Assembly: GCA_005887995.1 (NCBI GenBank)
Contig: VBJD01000030.1
Coordinates: forward strand, 2,025 to 66,024
Direction: 5' to 3'
DNA: 64,000 nucleotides
Origin: Chloroflexota bacterium
GTDB taxonomy: Bacteria > Chloroflexota > Limnocylindria > P2-11E
Both the position numbers and the translations under genes were made by a program. The notes under the pieces were generated by a model that did no database searches, had not been told where the DNA came from, and worked only from the letters and a program-made list of their open reading frames with translations. Position 1 is the first letter of the stretch. Each line of letters starts with the position of its first letter. Shown piece after piece: positions 39,822 through 48,185 of this stretch.

Positions 39822-40964
39822 GTGGAGAGTGTGAGTCGACCGGGGGTACTGCTTGCGGGCGCGATCCTCCTCGCCGCATGCGCGCGTCCCGGCCTTGCCC
39901 CAGCCGCCTCGTCCGAGTTTCCGGTCCCCGAAGCACTCGCCGCGGCCACGCCTGCGGCGACGACCGCACCGTTAGCCGCGCCCTCCGCGACACCCGAGAT
40001 TCGCCTCTACGAGAAGCTTCGCGTCTTCGTCGCGTCCGAGTCGACCGATCAGGTCTGGGTCATGGAGGCCGCCCCCGGCAAGGAATACACGACGATCGCG
40101 AAGATCCCCGTCGGACGCATGCCACACCAGATGGCGGTGTCGCCTGACGGCCGCTTCGTCGCGGTGAACAACCGCATGGCGAACACGACGTCGATCATCG
40201 ATCCGATCTCGCTGAAGGAGATCGTGCGCATTCCGGTAGGGAAGCAGCCGCACGGCATCACGTTCTCGGCGGATAGCAAGACGCTCTACGTCGGGCATGA
40301 GCGCGACACGTACATCGCAGTCATCGACACGGCGACGTGGACGACGCAGCGGCCGTTCATGGTCATGGTCCCGCAGCACGTGCTCACGATCAACCCGGGC
40401 CACCCCAACGAGCTGTGGTTCACCCTGACGAACTCGAGCGAGGGCGATGTGCTCCGCGTCGTCGACACGCAGACGCGCGAGGTCACGCGCATCAAGGTCG
40501 GCGACGTGCACGATGCGTACTTCACGCCGGACGGCAGCGAGGTGTGGTCGAGCAGCAGCGGATTCCTCGACAAGCCATCCGACCGGATGGTCATCTACGA
40601 CCCGGACACGAAGAAGGTGAAGCAGGAGATCCACTTCGCGGGCCGCTACCCGTTCCACACGCTGAAGCCGATGCAGGACGGTATGTACCGTCCCGAGGAC
40701 ACCAGCATCATGGTGCTGTCAGATCATCTCGGCCCGTCGTTGCTGTGGGTCGACTGGCGAGAGCGTCACATCGTCGGCGAGACCAAGCTGGGCAAGCAAC
40801 CGTTCCACTCGACGTACGACCCCGAAGGCGGTCGGCTCCTCGTGACGACGAACGTCGACGGCATGGTCAACGTCATCAGCATGACGACGCGCCAGGTCAT
40901 TCAGCAGGTGCCGGTGACGAAAGCGCACGGCATCGTGAGCGTGGGGATCAGAGCCGCCCAGTAA
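39822..40964 (+). CDS. YVTN-type beta-propeller lipoprotein
   Basis: Lipobox ILLAAC. Repeats of the type PHQMAVSPDGRFVAV and PHGITFSADSKTLYV. Start is GTG 39822 or 39831. Confidence 0.7.
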   Translation: MESVSRPGVLLAGAILLAACARPGLAPAASSEFPVPEALAAATPAATTAPLAAPSATPEIRLYEKLRVFVASESTDQVWVMEAAPGKEYTTIAKIPVGRMPHQMAVSPDGRFVAVNNRMANTTSIIDPISLKEIVRIPVGKQPHGITFSADSKTLYVGHERDTYIAVIDTATWTTQRPFMVMVPQHVLTINPGHPNELWFTLTNSSEGDVLRVVDTQTREVTRIKVGDVHDAYFTPDGSEVWSSSSGFLDKPSDRMVIYDPDTKKVKQEIHFAGRYPFHTLKPMQDGMYRPEDTSIMVLSDHLGPSLLWVDWRERHIVGETKLGKQPFHSTYDPEGGRLLVTTNVDGMVNVISMTTRQVIQQVPVTKAHGIVSVGIRAAQ

Positions 40965-40979
40965 AGTCCGGTCTCGCGG

Positions 40980-43900
40980 CTACTCCACCAGCTGTGGCGA
41001 TGCGGTGGCTGCCGCGAGCTTTGGCACCTGTGCGATCAATACGCCGCGGTCGGTGCCCAGCCGTATGAGCGCGAGACCCGGGCGCGAGATCCGGTGCTCG
41101 CCGGCGCTTCCCTTCACCTTGATCTCGGTCGTGTCGCTGCGCGCGTCGAACCGCGCATCGACCTCCTGACGATCGGGCCCGACGCCCGTGGCGATGCGCT
41201 GCTCCAGGCTGCGCAGCGTCGCATCCGCCGCCAGCGCCCACTCGAACGCGAGATCGCTCCGCGGCGGGGCGAGGCTCTCCCCGCCGTTGTAGCGAAGCGC
41301 GATGACCGTCGCGTGGACCTCGTGCCCGTCGCGCTCGACGCCGATGACGATCTCGAGCGTGTTCCCGGCGTTGTCCAGGACGCGATAGGTGCGCCGCTCG
41401 CGCCCTGGGCCGACGCCGACCGTGGGCACGACCGGCGCGGCGCTCGTGCCGGATCCAGCGTCCGTGCCGAACACGGCCAGGTCACGCGTCTCCGCGTCGA
41501 ACTCGATGCGCGCTTCCGGTGGCGTCGCGTCATACGCGACGAGGAACGGCGAGAGCGATGAGACGATGGCACACACCTCGTGCAGGAGCGGGTCGAACGA
41601 GACGGTGTGGTCGGCCCACACACCGTTCTCCAGATGGAAGAGGTGCGGGGAGCCGACGAAGGTGAGCGGAGTCACATCGATGCATACCGTGATCGGCCCC
41701 GCATAGGTCGCGGTTGTCGAGATGTCGAAGTACCGCAGCGGCGTCGCGGGATCGAAGCCGGTCGGCGCCGGCAAGCCGGTCAGGCTGGCGGTGAGCGTGG
41801 TGTTACCGCTGCTCGTGACCGTCGAGAAGGTGAGCGATGCCGCGGAATCCGTGTTGAATGCGTGGAGGATCACGTGGACGAGCGATCCGACGCTCGTGTT
41901 CCCGATGGTCGGCGCGTCAGACAGCGCGATCGTCTCCGACACCGACACGATCACCGAGGGCAGCACCGCCGCAGCGTCGGTGACGGTCACGCTCTCGCCG
42001 ATCGAGATCTGCGCCGGCGGCAGCACGGCGACGGCGTCGGAGACGCCCACGATTTCCGAGACCGTGATGACCGCAGCCGGCAAGACCGCGGGTTGGTCAC
42101 TGACCGCGACCGTCTCGGTGACGGCGACGACCACCGCCGAGGGTTGCACGGTGAGCGTCACCGCGGCGGCTGTGCTTCCCTCAAAGTCACGGTCGCCCGC
42201 GTACTGCGCGGTGATCGTGTGTGTTCCGGTGGAAAGCACCACTTCGATCGTCGCCAGCCGCGCTTCGAGCACGCTCGAGCCGAGCGCGGTCGCGCCATCG
42301 AAGAAAGTGACGGAGCCCGTCGGTATCCCCGCGCCGGGATCGACCACGGATACGGAGGCCCTCAGCGTCACGGGTGCGCCGTCGGATGCCGGATCGGGCG
42401 CGGCCTTGACCGCGAGCTCCGTCGATGCCCTGTTGATGGTCAGCGCGAGCGGATCGGCGGCGCTCGGTGCGAAGCCGGTGATGCCTTCGTACGTCGCGAC
42501 GAACGTATGCGTCCCAACCGAAGGAGTCAGTGTGGTCATCGCGACGCCGCTCGCCAGCGCGACCGTCGCCAGCGTCGTCGTGCCCTCGCTGAATCGAACC
42601 GAACCCGTCGGCGTACCGCTCGCCGCGGTGACCGCGGCGGCGAGTGTCACGACCTGGCCGAACACGGCCGGGTTCGCGGACGCGGCGAGCGTGGTGCTCG
42701 TGGCCTGCGTTGCGACGCGCACGATGCCCCAGCTCGGTGCGCTGTCCGCCGTCGCGCTGTTGCTGATGTTCGTCTGACCCGTGCCGTCCGCGTTCATGAC
42801 CATGATCTGCGCTGTGCTGACCGTCCGGTCGAATGCGATACGCAGACCGTCTGGCGACCATGACGGGTGATCGTCATTCGAGCCGCCGGTGAGCCGCGTC
42901 ACGTTCGTGCCGTCTGCGTTCATCGCGAAGATCGCGAGCTCGCTGGCCGCGTTTGGATCGTGCTGCCGTGCCGCGATCCTTGTCCCATCAGGCGACCACG
43001 CCGGTGAGCGCCAGGTGACGAACTGCGGCGACAGCATCGTGCGGCCGGTCCCGTCGGCATTCACGACGCCCACGCGGCCATCGCCTTCCGTCGTCGAGAA
43101 CGCGATACGCGTCCCGTCCGGTGACCATGCGGGCTCGTCGTCGTAGTAGGGATACGCATTGGTGAGGCGCGTCTCGTTCGTGCCATCGGCATTCGCGACG
43201 TAGACCGAGCGGATCAGGCCGTCGCGCAGCGCGACGTACGCGATCTTCGTCCCATCCGGCGACCAGGTCGGTTCCTTGGCGTTGAGCACGATCGTCGTGA
43301 GACCGGTGCCATCAATGTTGACGATCGCGATGTTCGACGGCCCCGTCGTAAAGGCGATCTTCTTTCCGTCGGGGGACAAGGACGGACCCGAGTCGCCGTT
43401 CGGCTGGGTCACCACGGCTGTCGCATCAGTGCCGTCCGCGTTCATGGTCCAGATCTCAAACGTCCGAACGAACGCGATCCTGCTGCTCGGCGGCGGCGCC
43501 GTTGACGATGCGGGGCGCCACGTCGGCGCGCTGTCCGACGTCGCGTTGCTGCTGATATTGGTCTGGACCGTGCCGTTCACGTGCATCACGAAGAGCTGCA
43601 GGTGGCCCGAGACATTGCGGTCGAAGGCGATGCGTTGACCGTCGGGCGACCACGCCGGATGGTCATCCGCGAATGCGCCGTCAGTCAGTCGTGTCGCGCC
43701 GGTGCCGTCGGCGTTCACGACGAACAGCGCCGTGTCGACGGCGATGGGATTCGAGCGGACGGCCACGATCTTTGTCGCGTCGGGCGACCACGCGGGTGCC
43801 CGCCAGTTCGCACCCGCGGGATCGAACAGCGACCGACCGGTCCCGTCCGCGTTCACGATCCCGATCGCCAGTCCGCTCGCGCCCTCGTTCGTCCAGAACG

Positions 43901-44489
43901 CGATCCGCGTGCCGTCGGGTGACCACGCCGGCTGGTCGTCGCTCGCGGGAAACGCGTTCGTGACGCGTGTCTCGTTCGTGCCGTCGGCATTCGCGACGTA
44001 GATCGAGCCGATGAGCCCGTCGCGGTTCGCGACGTAGGCGATCTTCGTGCCGTCGGGCGACCAGGTGGGCTCGCGCGCGTTCTGGACGACCTTCACGAGT
44101 CCCGTGCCGTCGGCGTTCACGACGGCGATGTCAGGAGAGCCGCCGCTGAAGCGCGCGGTCTCGAACGCGATCTTCGTCCCGTTCGCTGAGTAGGACGGTG
44201 CCGCATCGTTGTTGCCGACCGTCGCGAGGAGTGGCGCGGCGCCGCTTCCGTCCGGGCTCATTGTCCAGAGCGTGCTGTTACGGATGAACGCGATCGCGCT
44301 GCTCGTCGCTGAGGTGACTTGGGCCGTTTCAGGCGTCGCGGAGTTCACGCCGTCGACGCTCGCCGCCGATCGAGTCGGCAACGCGCTTCCCGCGAACGCG
44401 GTCGCGGGTCCCCCCAAGATGAGACAGATCAGCGTCGTGACGGCGGCACGCCACGAAGTCATGCCACGACGATCGCTTCTGCGACCCAT
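40980..44489 (-). CDS. 1169-aa secreted protein: two PD40/TolB-type beta-propellers, two Ig-like domains, a 4x ~20-aa tandem repeat and a C-terminal region of unknown function
   Basis: Signal peptide ...PATAFA. Repeated P(A/T)WSPDG(T)(K/R)IAF blades. Ig-like blocks with GSVRFSEGTTTLATV and GSVTFFDGATALGSS. Confidence 0.8.
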   Translation of the reverse strand: MGRRSDRRGMTSWRAAVTTLICLILGGPATAFAGSALPTRSAASVDGVNSATPETAQVTSATSSAIAFIRNSTLWTMSPDGSGAAPLLATVGNNDAAPSYSANGTKIAFETARFSGGSPDIAVVNADGTGLVKVVQNAREPTWSPDGTKIAYVANRDGLIGSIYVANADGTNETRVTNAFPASDDQPAWSPDGTRIAFWTNEGASGLAIGIVNADGTGRSLFDPAGANWRAPAWSPDATKIVAVRSNPIAVDTALFVVNADGTGATRLTDGAFADDHPAWSPDGQRIAFDRNVSGHLQLFVMHVNGTVQTNISSNATSDSAPTWRPASSTAPPPSSRIAFVRTFEIWTMNADGTDATAVVTQPNGDSGPSLSPDGKKIAFTTGPSNIAIVNIDGTGLTTIVLNAKEPTWSPDGTKIAYVALRDGLIRSVYVANADGTNETRLTNAYPYYDDEPAWSPDGTRIAFSTTEGDGRVGVVNADGTGRTMLSPQFVTWRSPAWSPDGTRIAARQHDPNAASELAIFAMNADGTNVTRLTGGSNDDHPSWSPDGLRIAFDRTVSTAQIMVMNADGTGQTNISNSATADSAPSWGIVRVATQATSTTLAASANPAVFGQVVTLAAAVTAASGTPTGSVRFSEGTTTLATVALASGVAMTTLTPSVGTHTFVATYEGITGFAPSAADPLALTINRASTELAVKAAPDPASDGAPVTLRASVSVVDPGAGIPTGSVTFFDGATALGSSVLEARLATIEVVLSTGTHTITAQYAGDRDFEGSTAAAVTLTVQPSAVVVAVTETVAVSDQPAVLPAAVITVSEIVGVSDAVAVLPPAQISIGESVTVTDAAAVLPSVIVSVSETIALSDAPTIGNTSVGSLVHVILHAFNTDSAASLTFSTVTSSGNTTLTASLTGLPAPTGFDPATPLRYFDISTTATYAGPITVCIDVTPLTFVGSPHLFHLENGVWADHTVSFDPLLHEVCAIVSSLSPFLVAYDATPPEARIEFDAETRDLAVFGTDAGSGTSAAPVVPTVGVGPGRERRTYRVLDNAGNTLEIVIGVERDGHEVHATVIALRYNGGESLAPPRSDLAFEWALAADATLRSLEQRIATGVGPDRQEVDARFDARSDTTEIKVKGSAGEHRISRPGLALIRLGTDRGVLIAQVPKLAAATASPQLVE
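41904..42143 (-). repeat. Four tandem ~20-aa repeats (consensus approx. xVIxVSExVxVSDAxAVLP)
   Basis: VVVAVTETVAVSDQPAVLP / AAVITVSEIVGVSDAVAVLP / PAQISIGESVTVTDAAAVLP / SVIVSVSETIALSDAPTIG. Confidence 0.7.
42720..44300 (-). repeat. Internal tandem duplication of a whole PD40 propeller (aa ~64-325 versus ~336-590)
   Basis: For example, aa 139-199 versus 406-466 are identical at 51 of 61 positions in my by-eye alignment. Confidence 0.75.
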
Positions 44490-44519
44490 CTGATTACACC
44501 GCCGCTCCTCCGCGATCCT

Positions 44520-45212
44520 CTACGAGAAGCTGAGTACGACCGTAACCTGCGCCTGCTGACCTGCCTGCACGGCGATCGGTGTGGTGAGGACCTTCGACGT
44601 AAAGACTCCGTTCACGCAGGTGGAGGCAGGCGTCGCAGTCGGGCATTCGCCCACCCAGGTCTCTACCCCGGTGATGGAACCGGTATTTGCGATCGTCGCC
44701 GAACCCGCCAATCGAACGGTCCCAGCAGACGATGTCATCTGAAGGTTCGCGAAGAAAATGCCGCCCGTTGTGATCCCTGTGGCCGGCTCCACGATGATGC
44801 ATTTATTGGGTGTCGGCGGTGTCGATTGAGACGAGCAGGGCTGCTGTGGACTTCCATCGAGGAACACCGACCAGAAGCCGACGTGGGTCGATCGCGCCAA
44901 GAAGCCGGTGATCGCGTCCGAACCGAAGAAGCCATTTTCGAAGTCGCGACGCTCGACGACGGTTCCATCCGGGTCCTGAACCACGATCGTCCAAGCCCCA
45001 TGGATCTTGATGCCCTCACTCGGTGTGTCCGAATTGGCGGACGCTACTGGCTGCGCGAGCCCGGACGGAGGAAGCGCCCCCATTGACGAGTCGCTCCCAG
45101 ATGCTTTCGTCTCGCTCGCGCTGTTCGCTGGTTGCAAGGTCAGAAACGCGAGAGCTGCTAGTACGGCGACGGTCGCACCGGCGACCAGATTCTTCGTTTT
45201 GAGACCGGTCAT
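44520..45212 (-). CDS. Secreted beta-rich hypothetical protein (230 aa, 4 Cys)
   Basis: ATG 45212 preceded by GGGAGGA. Signal/anchor LVAGATVAVLAALAFL. No known motif. Confidence 0.55.
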   Translation of the reverse strand: MTGLKTKNLVAGATVAVLAALAFLTLQPANSASETKASGSDSSMGALPPSGLAQPVASANSDTPSEGIKIHGAWTIVVQDPDGTVVERRDFENGFFGSDAITGFLARSTHVGFWSVFLDGSPQQPCSSQSTPPTPNKCIIVEPATGITTGGIFFANLQMTSSAGTVRLAGSATIANTGSITGVETWVGECPTATPASTCVNGVFTSKVLTTPIAVQAGQQAQVTVVLSFS

Positions 45213-45532
45213 CTCGTGTCCTCCCTTTTTCTTTCGTAGATCTCGACGCAGGCTGGACAACGAGCGCGTCCGCCGTTGTCGACCGACCCGCTTCCGCAAG
45301 GGCAGCAAGTAGGACCGCGAGCTCCGTGCGTGATGCGACGCCTAGCTTTTCGGCAGACTTCAACCACCGCCATCTCCACCGATGGAGCGCTCAGCGCGAA
45401 GGCGTTCGCGATCTCCGCATTCGTATTCCCGGAGACGACCGCGGCGGCAAGCCGCACTTCGTTAGCGCTTAGCAGATGGACGTCGAGCGGCGCCTCGCCG
45501 CCCTCATGGGAGTCACCCAGTTCCTTCCCCAA
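45209..45532 (-). CDS. LuxR/GerE-type HTH protein, copy 1; C-terminus frame-shifted relative to paralog 47834..48133 (possibly decaying)
   Basis: LSANEVRLAAAVVSGNTNAEIANAFALSAPSVEMAVVEVCRK matches copy 2. The expected LGVASRTELAVLL continues in another frame (track ORF 45016..45363) because of an extra A in CGAAAAG versus CGCAAG. TTG start is conserved in both copies. Confidence 0.55.
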   Translation of the reverse strand: MGKELGDSHEGGEAPLDVHLLSANEVRLAAAVVSGNTNAEIANAFALSAPSVEMAVVEVCRKARRRITHGARGPTCCPCGSGSVDNGGRARCPACVEIYERKREDTR

Positions 45533-45555
45533 CGGACGGCACGCTGCATCACGCC

Positions 45556-45584
45556 GCTATCGCGGCGCTAACGTCAGGCTAACG
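45556..45584 (-). promoter_or_regulatory. Three 11-bp-phased heptamers CGTTAGC-n4-CGTTAGC-n4-CGATAGC (copy 1), a candidate SARP operator
   Basis: Read on the minus strand; identical heptamers and phasing to 48157..48185. Confidence 0.45.
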
Positions 45585-45745
45585 CGCGCTCGCGCGACGA
45601 AGCGTCGCGTCTGGCTCGCGCCCGGTCGACGGCGGCGATGAGCGCCGTCGCCTTCATCGCCAGGGAAAATCTCGCGAAGTTCATCGAGTGCCTTGTTCGC
45701 ATCGCTCGTGCGGTCCCATGTGGATCGACTGGCGCGAGGGGCACA
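45557..45745 (-). pseudogene. Remnant of the 3' end of a second SARP/STAND regulator gene
   Basis: DRTSDANKALDELREIF aligns with DRANDANKALDEAREIF of the 48180..52163 product. A 1-nt indel then shifts the frame (MKATALIAAVDRARARRDA versus MKANALVAAVDRSRAGRDA). Homology fades upstream of about 45745. Confidence 0.6.
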
Positions 45746-45859
45746 TCGTGAGGTCACATCATCGACATGAAGACGCGCCAGGTCGTCCTGAAGTACCGGT
45801 CACGCAAGCGCTCGCCGTCGTAGGGTCGGGATACAAGCCGGCCAGTGGCGAAACGCCGA

Positions 45860-45885
45860 GGACGACGGGGTGTCTCCCGTCGTCC
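45860..45885 (-). terminator. Perfect 10-bp stem hairpin (GGACGACGGG-gtgtct-CCCGTCGTCC)
   Basis: Seen directly in a non-coding-looking gap. No strong U-tract. Confidence 0.25.
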
Positions 45886-45971
45886 GTTCTCGTGCCGAAC
45901 ATCCAGGTGTCACCGCTCCGAGGATGGTGAGCGTGCCGGAGCGGCGCACCGTTGATCGTCGATGCGTGGAG

Positions 45972-46330
45972 TTAGTGGATCGACTCGACCTGCATCGCGC
46001 TCAGCTCTGCGATGAGCAACTCGTTGGGAATCAGTGCACCGACCGCGCCGCTGCATTGCGCCGTCACGCTGCCAGTCGCAACGAGCTCGACGACGGCCAT
46101 CATCGGCATGCTCACGTAGAGGGTCGATGTCGTGACTGCGCCTGCTGCCGAGACCGAGTGCGGGCACGGAGAAACGTGTCGTCTCGGGCCCAGAGGCGTG
46201 TCAACGGTAGTCGGCAGTGCGCGATTGATCGTGAAGCGAAGGGTGATCGTGCAGGGATTCGCCGTTCTCGCGCACCCCGCCTTACAAACCGCCGACCCGG
46301 GCAAGAAGCAGAGACGAGATAAGGCCCGAC
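45972..46330 (-). other. Possible truncated, divergent paralog of the 44520..45212 secreted protein
   Basis: The C-terminal ~110 codons of track ORF 45972..46484 align weakly by eye (CPHSVSAAGAVTTSTLYVSMPMM versus CIIVEPATGITTGGIFFANLQMT). There is no signal peptide or convincing start. Confidence 0.2.
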
Positions 46331-46341
46331 GCCGAGGGAGC

Positions 46342-46371
46342 GCGTGGGCGGCGTTCGCGCGCCGCCCACGC
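46342..46371 (-). terminator. Strong GC hairpin 7 nt downstream of the collagen-like gene stop
   Basis: GCGTGGGCGGCG-ttcgcg-CGCCGCCCACGC, a perfect 12-bp stem, followed on the minus strand by a moderately T-rich stretch. Confidence 0.45.
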
Positions 46372-46378
46372 TCTCGCG

Positions 46379-47764
46379 TCAGCTCATGTGGACGATCACG
46401 AGAATAGGAGGTATGGGCGCGCCGTTGAGCGTCGCCGGAGGGGTGCTGATCTGACAAGTCGCGGTCGCGGCGGTGCCGGTGCATGCGCCGTCCCAGCTAT
46501 CGAGCCTGTCGAGTGTGTCTGACTTGAAAAGGACGATCGTTGTGCTCGGGCTGATGACATACCTGCAGCGATAGGTCCGCGTGGGCAATGAGTTATCCAG
46601 TGGTGCCTGCTCGAATGGGGAGACGCACGTGAACAGGTGCTGCCCGGAGGTCAGGCTCGTCCAGCCCTGGACACCCTCCGACGGATAGGAGATACACGGA
46701 CCGCATGCCGTCGAGACGTGCGGCGTTATCACGAGGTCTATCGCAAGCGTCGCCGCCAGGAAGCCCGCATCGACGGTCGCATTACCGCTCAGTGTGAACG
46801 TGCATGCCGTCGATGCGCCGGTGCAGCCACCGGTCCAGGACCCGAATACGGATGTCGAATCGGGCGCGGCAGTGAGGGTCACGCTGGCACCCTGCAGGAA
46901 CTTGTTGGAGCAGATCGTCGGGCAGGCAATCTCGTTGGCGCCGGTCGACACTGTCCCGCCGCCCGCACCTGATCGCGTCACGGTGAGCGTGTAGTTCGGG
47001 AGCTCGGTAAAGGTCGCGGTGACCGTGGTGTCGGCGTTGATCGTGAATGTGCATGTCGTGGCCGTTCCGGTGCAGCCCCCGCCGCTCCACGAAGTGAACG
47101 CGCTGATCCTGTCCGGCGTCGCTGCGAGCGTGATGCTCGTCCCAGGCGCGTAGCTCTTCGTGCAGACGGTCCCGCAGACGATGTCGGTCGTGCTCTGCGT
47201 CGCCACGGAACCACCGCCCGTCCCTGAGCGCATCACAGTCAGCTTCACCTTGCCGATGTCGCACAGGAGTTTCACGTTGCCAGCGAGGTCATAGCTCACC
47301 TCGAGGCTTCCGGGATTGTTGAGGGCGGTGTTGCACGGCTTTCCATCGAGAGCATCGATGCCCGCGAGATTCCCGGCGGGGCCCTGAGCACCGGTGTCGC
47401 CCCTCGGTCCCGTCGCGCCGACAGGACCTATCGAACCCTGGGCACCCGAGTCGCCTTTCGGACCGGCTGCTCCGGTGGGGCCGGTCGGTCCGGTGGGTCC
47501 GGTCGGACCTTGGCCACCCGTCGGCCCCGTCTGGCTCCAGGTAATTCGTTCCTCTTGCAACAGCGGCGCTCTTGTGAGGATCGGGTTACCGGCGATGATG
47601 CACGGCGCGGTGGTCGTCTCCACCCTGAGCACGCCGGTCGAGAGGTTGTAGCAAGCGGTGATCACGCCGCCCACGACACCCGCACCCACGACGACGCTCG
47701 TCGTCAGAAGGACTCCGATGACACCGATCGCGAAATAGCCGAGCCTTAGCCGAGGCACTCTCAC
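46379..47764 (-). CDS. Membrane-anchored collagen-like (G-X-Y) protein with two divergent InlB B-repeat-type domains and a Cys-containing C-terminal domain
   Basis: GTG 47764 preceded by GAGGAGG. TM anchor. 18 uninterrupted G-X-Y triplets. Two blocks of the type SGTGGGSV...CG..C...Y..GTSITLTA.P...S.F..W.GGCTG....CTFT. Confidence 0.8.
   Translation of the reverse strand: MRVPRLRLGYFAIGVIGVLLTTSVVVGAGVVGGVITACYNLSTGVLRVETTTAPCIIAGNPILTRAPLLQEERITWSQTGPTGGQGPTGPTGPTGPTGAAGPKGDSGAQGSIGPVGATGPRGDTGAQGPAGNLAGIDALDGKPCNTALNNPGSLEVSYDLAGNVKLLCDIGKVKLTVMRSGTGGGSVATQSTTDIVCGTVCTKSYAPGTSITLAATPDRISAFTSWSGGGCTGTATTCTFTINADTTVTATFTELPNYTLTVTRSGAGGGTVSTGANEIACPTICSNKFLQGASVTLTAAPDSTSVFGSWTGGCTGASTACTFTLSGNATVDAGFLAATLAIDLVITPHVSTACGPCISYPSEGVQGWTSLTSGQHLFTCVSPFEQAPLDNSLPTRTYRCRYVISPSTTIVLFKSDTLDRLDSWDGACTGTAATATCQISTPPATLNGAPIPPILVIVHMS
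47366..47527 (-). repeat. Collagen-like G-X-Y triplet run (18 triplets)
   Basis: [54 protein letters not shown]. Confidence 0.85.
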
Positions 47765-47833
47765 TCTGTCCTCCTCATGAGTGCCACATGCACTCCAATT
47801 TGTCGCGCACCTTCTGGCAAGGCATCGATTCGC

Positions 47834-48133
47834 TTAGTCGCTGCGACCAACGGATTTCGCGTCTGCGGCGCGGCCACTGGCTTCCAAGCCCGCCTCGGCG
47901 AGAGCGCCGAGCAGCACCGCGAGCTCGGTCCGCGACGCCACACCGAGCTTGCGGCAGACCTCAGTCACGGCGCTCTCTACCGCTGGCGCGGTCAGCGCGA
48001 ACGCGCTTGCGATCTCGGCATTCGTCTTCCCCGCGACGACCGCAGCGGCCAGCCGCACTTCGGCCGCGGTCAGCAGACGGACGTCAAGCGGTGCGCCCCC
48101 GTCCTCAGAGGTCCCATCCACTTCCTTCGCCAA
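47834..48133 (-). CDS. Stand-alone LuxR/GerE-type HTH protein, copy 2 (99 aa, intact)
   Basis: LTAAEVRLAAAVVAGKTNAEIASAFALTAPAVESAVTEVCRKLGVASRTELAVLL. TTG start. Confidence 0.75.
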   Translation of the reverse strand: MAKEVDGTSEDGGAPLDVRLLTAAEVRLAAAVVAGKTNAEIASAFALTAPAVESAVTEVCRKLGVASRTELAVLLGALAEAGLEASGRAADAKSVGRSD

Positions 48134-48156
48134 CGGATCGCACGCTGCATCACGCC

Positions 48157-48185
48157 GCTATCGCGGCGCTAACGTCGGGCTAACG
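48157..48185 (-). promoter_or_regulatory. Three 11-bp-phased heptamers CGTTAGC-n4-CGTTAGC-n4-CGATAGC (copy 2), a candidate SARP operator
   Basis: Heptamers at 48185..48179, 48174..48168 and 48163..48157. The first contains the regulator TAG stop (48182..48180). The array ends 23 nt upstream of the LuxR TTG. Confidence 0.5.

Noticed and set aside
45870-46322. 150-aa plus-strand ORF in the gap between the collagen-like gene and the regulator remnant
   Set aside because: Arg-rich translation typical of a wrong frame. The minus-strand frame looks marginally more coding-like and is reported only as a low-confidence remnant.
48131-48182. Regulator and LuxR ORF as one gene separated only by a read-through stop
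   Set aside because: The LuxR TTG is 46 nt past the stop codon, which is not a multiple of 3, so the frames differ. The stop and spacing are conserved in both copies. They are treated as separate genes.
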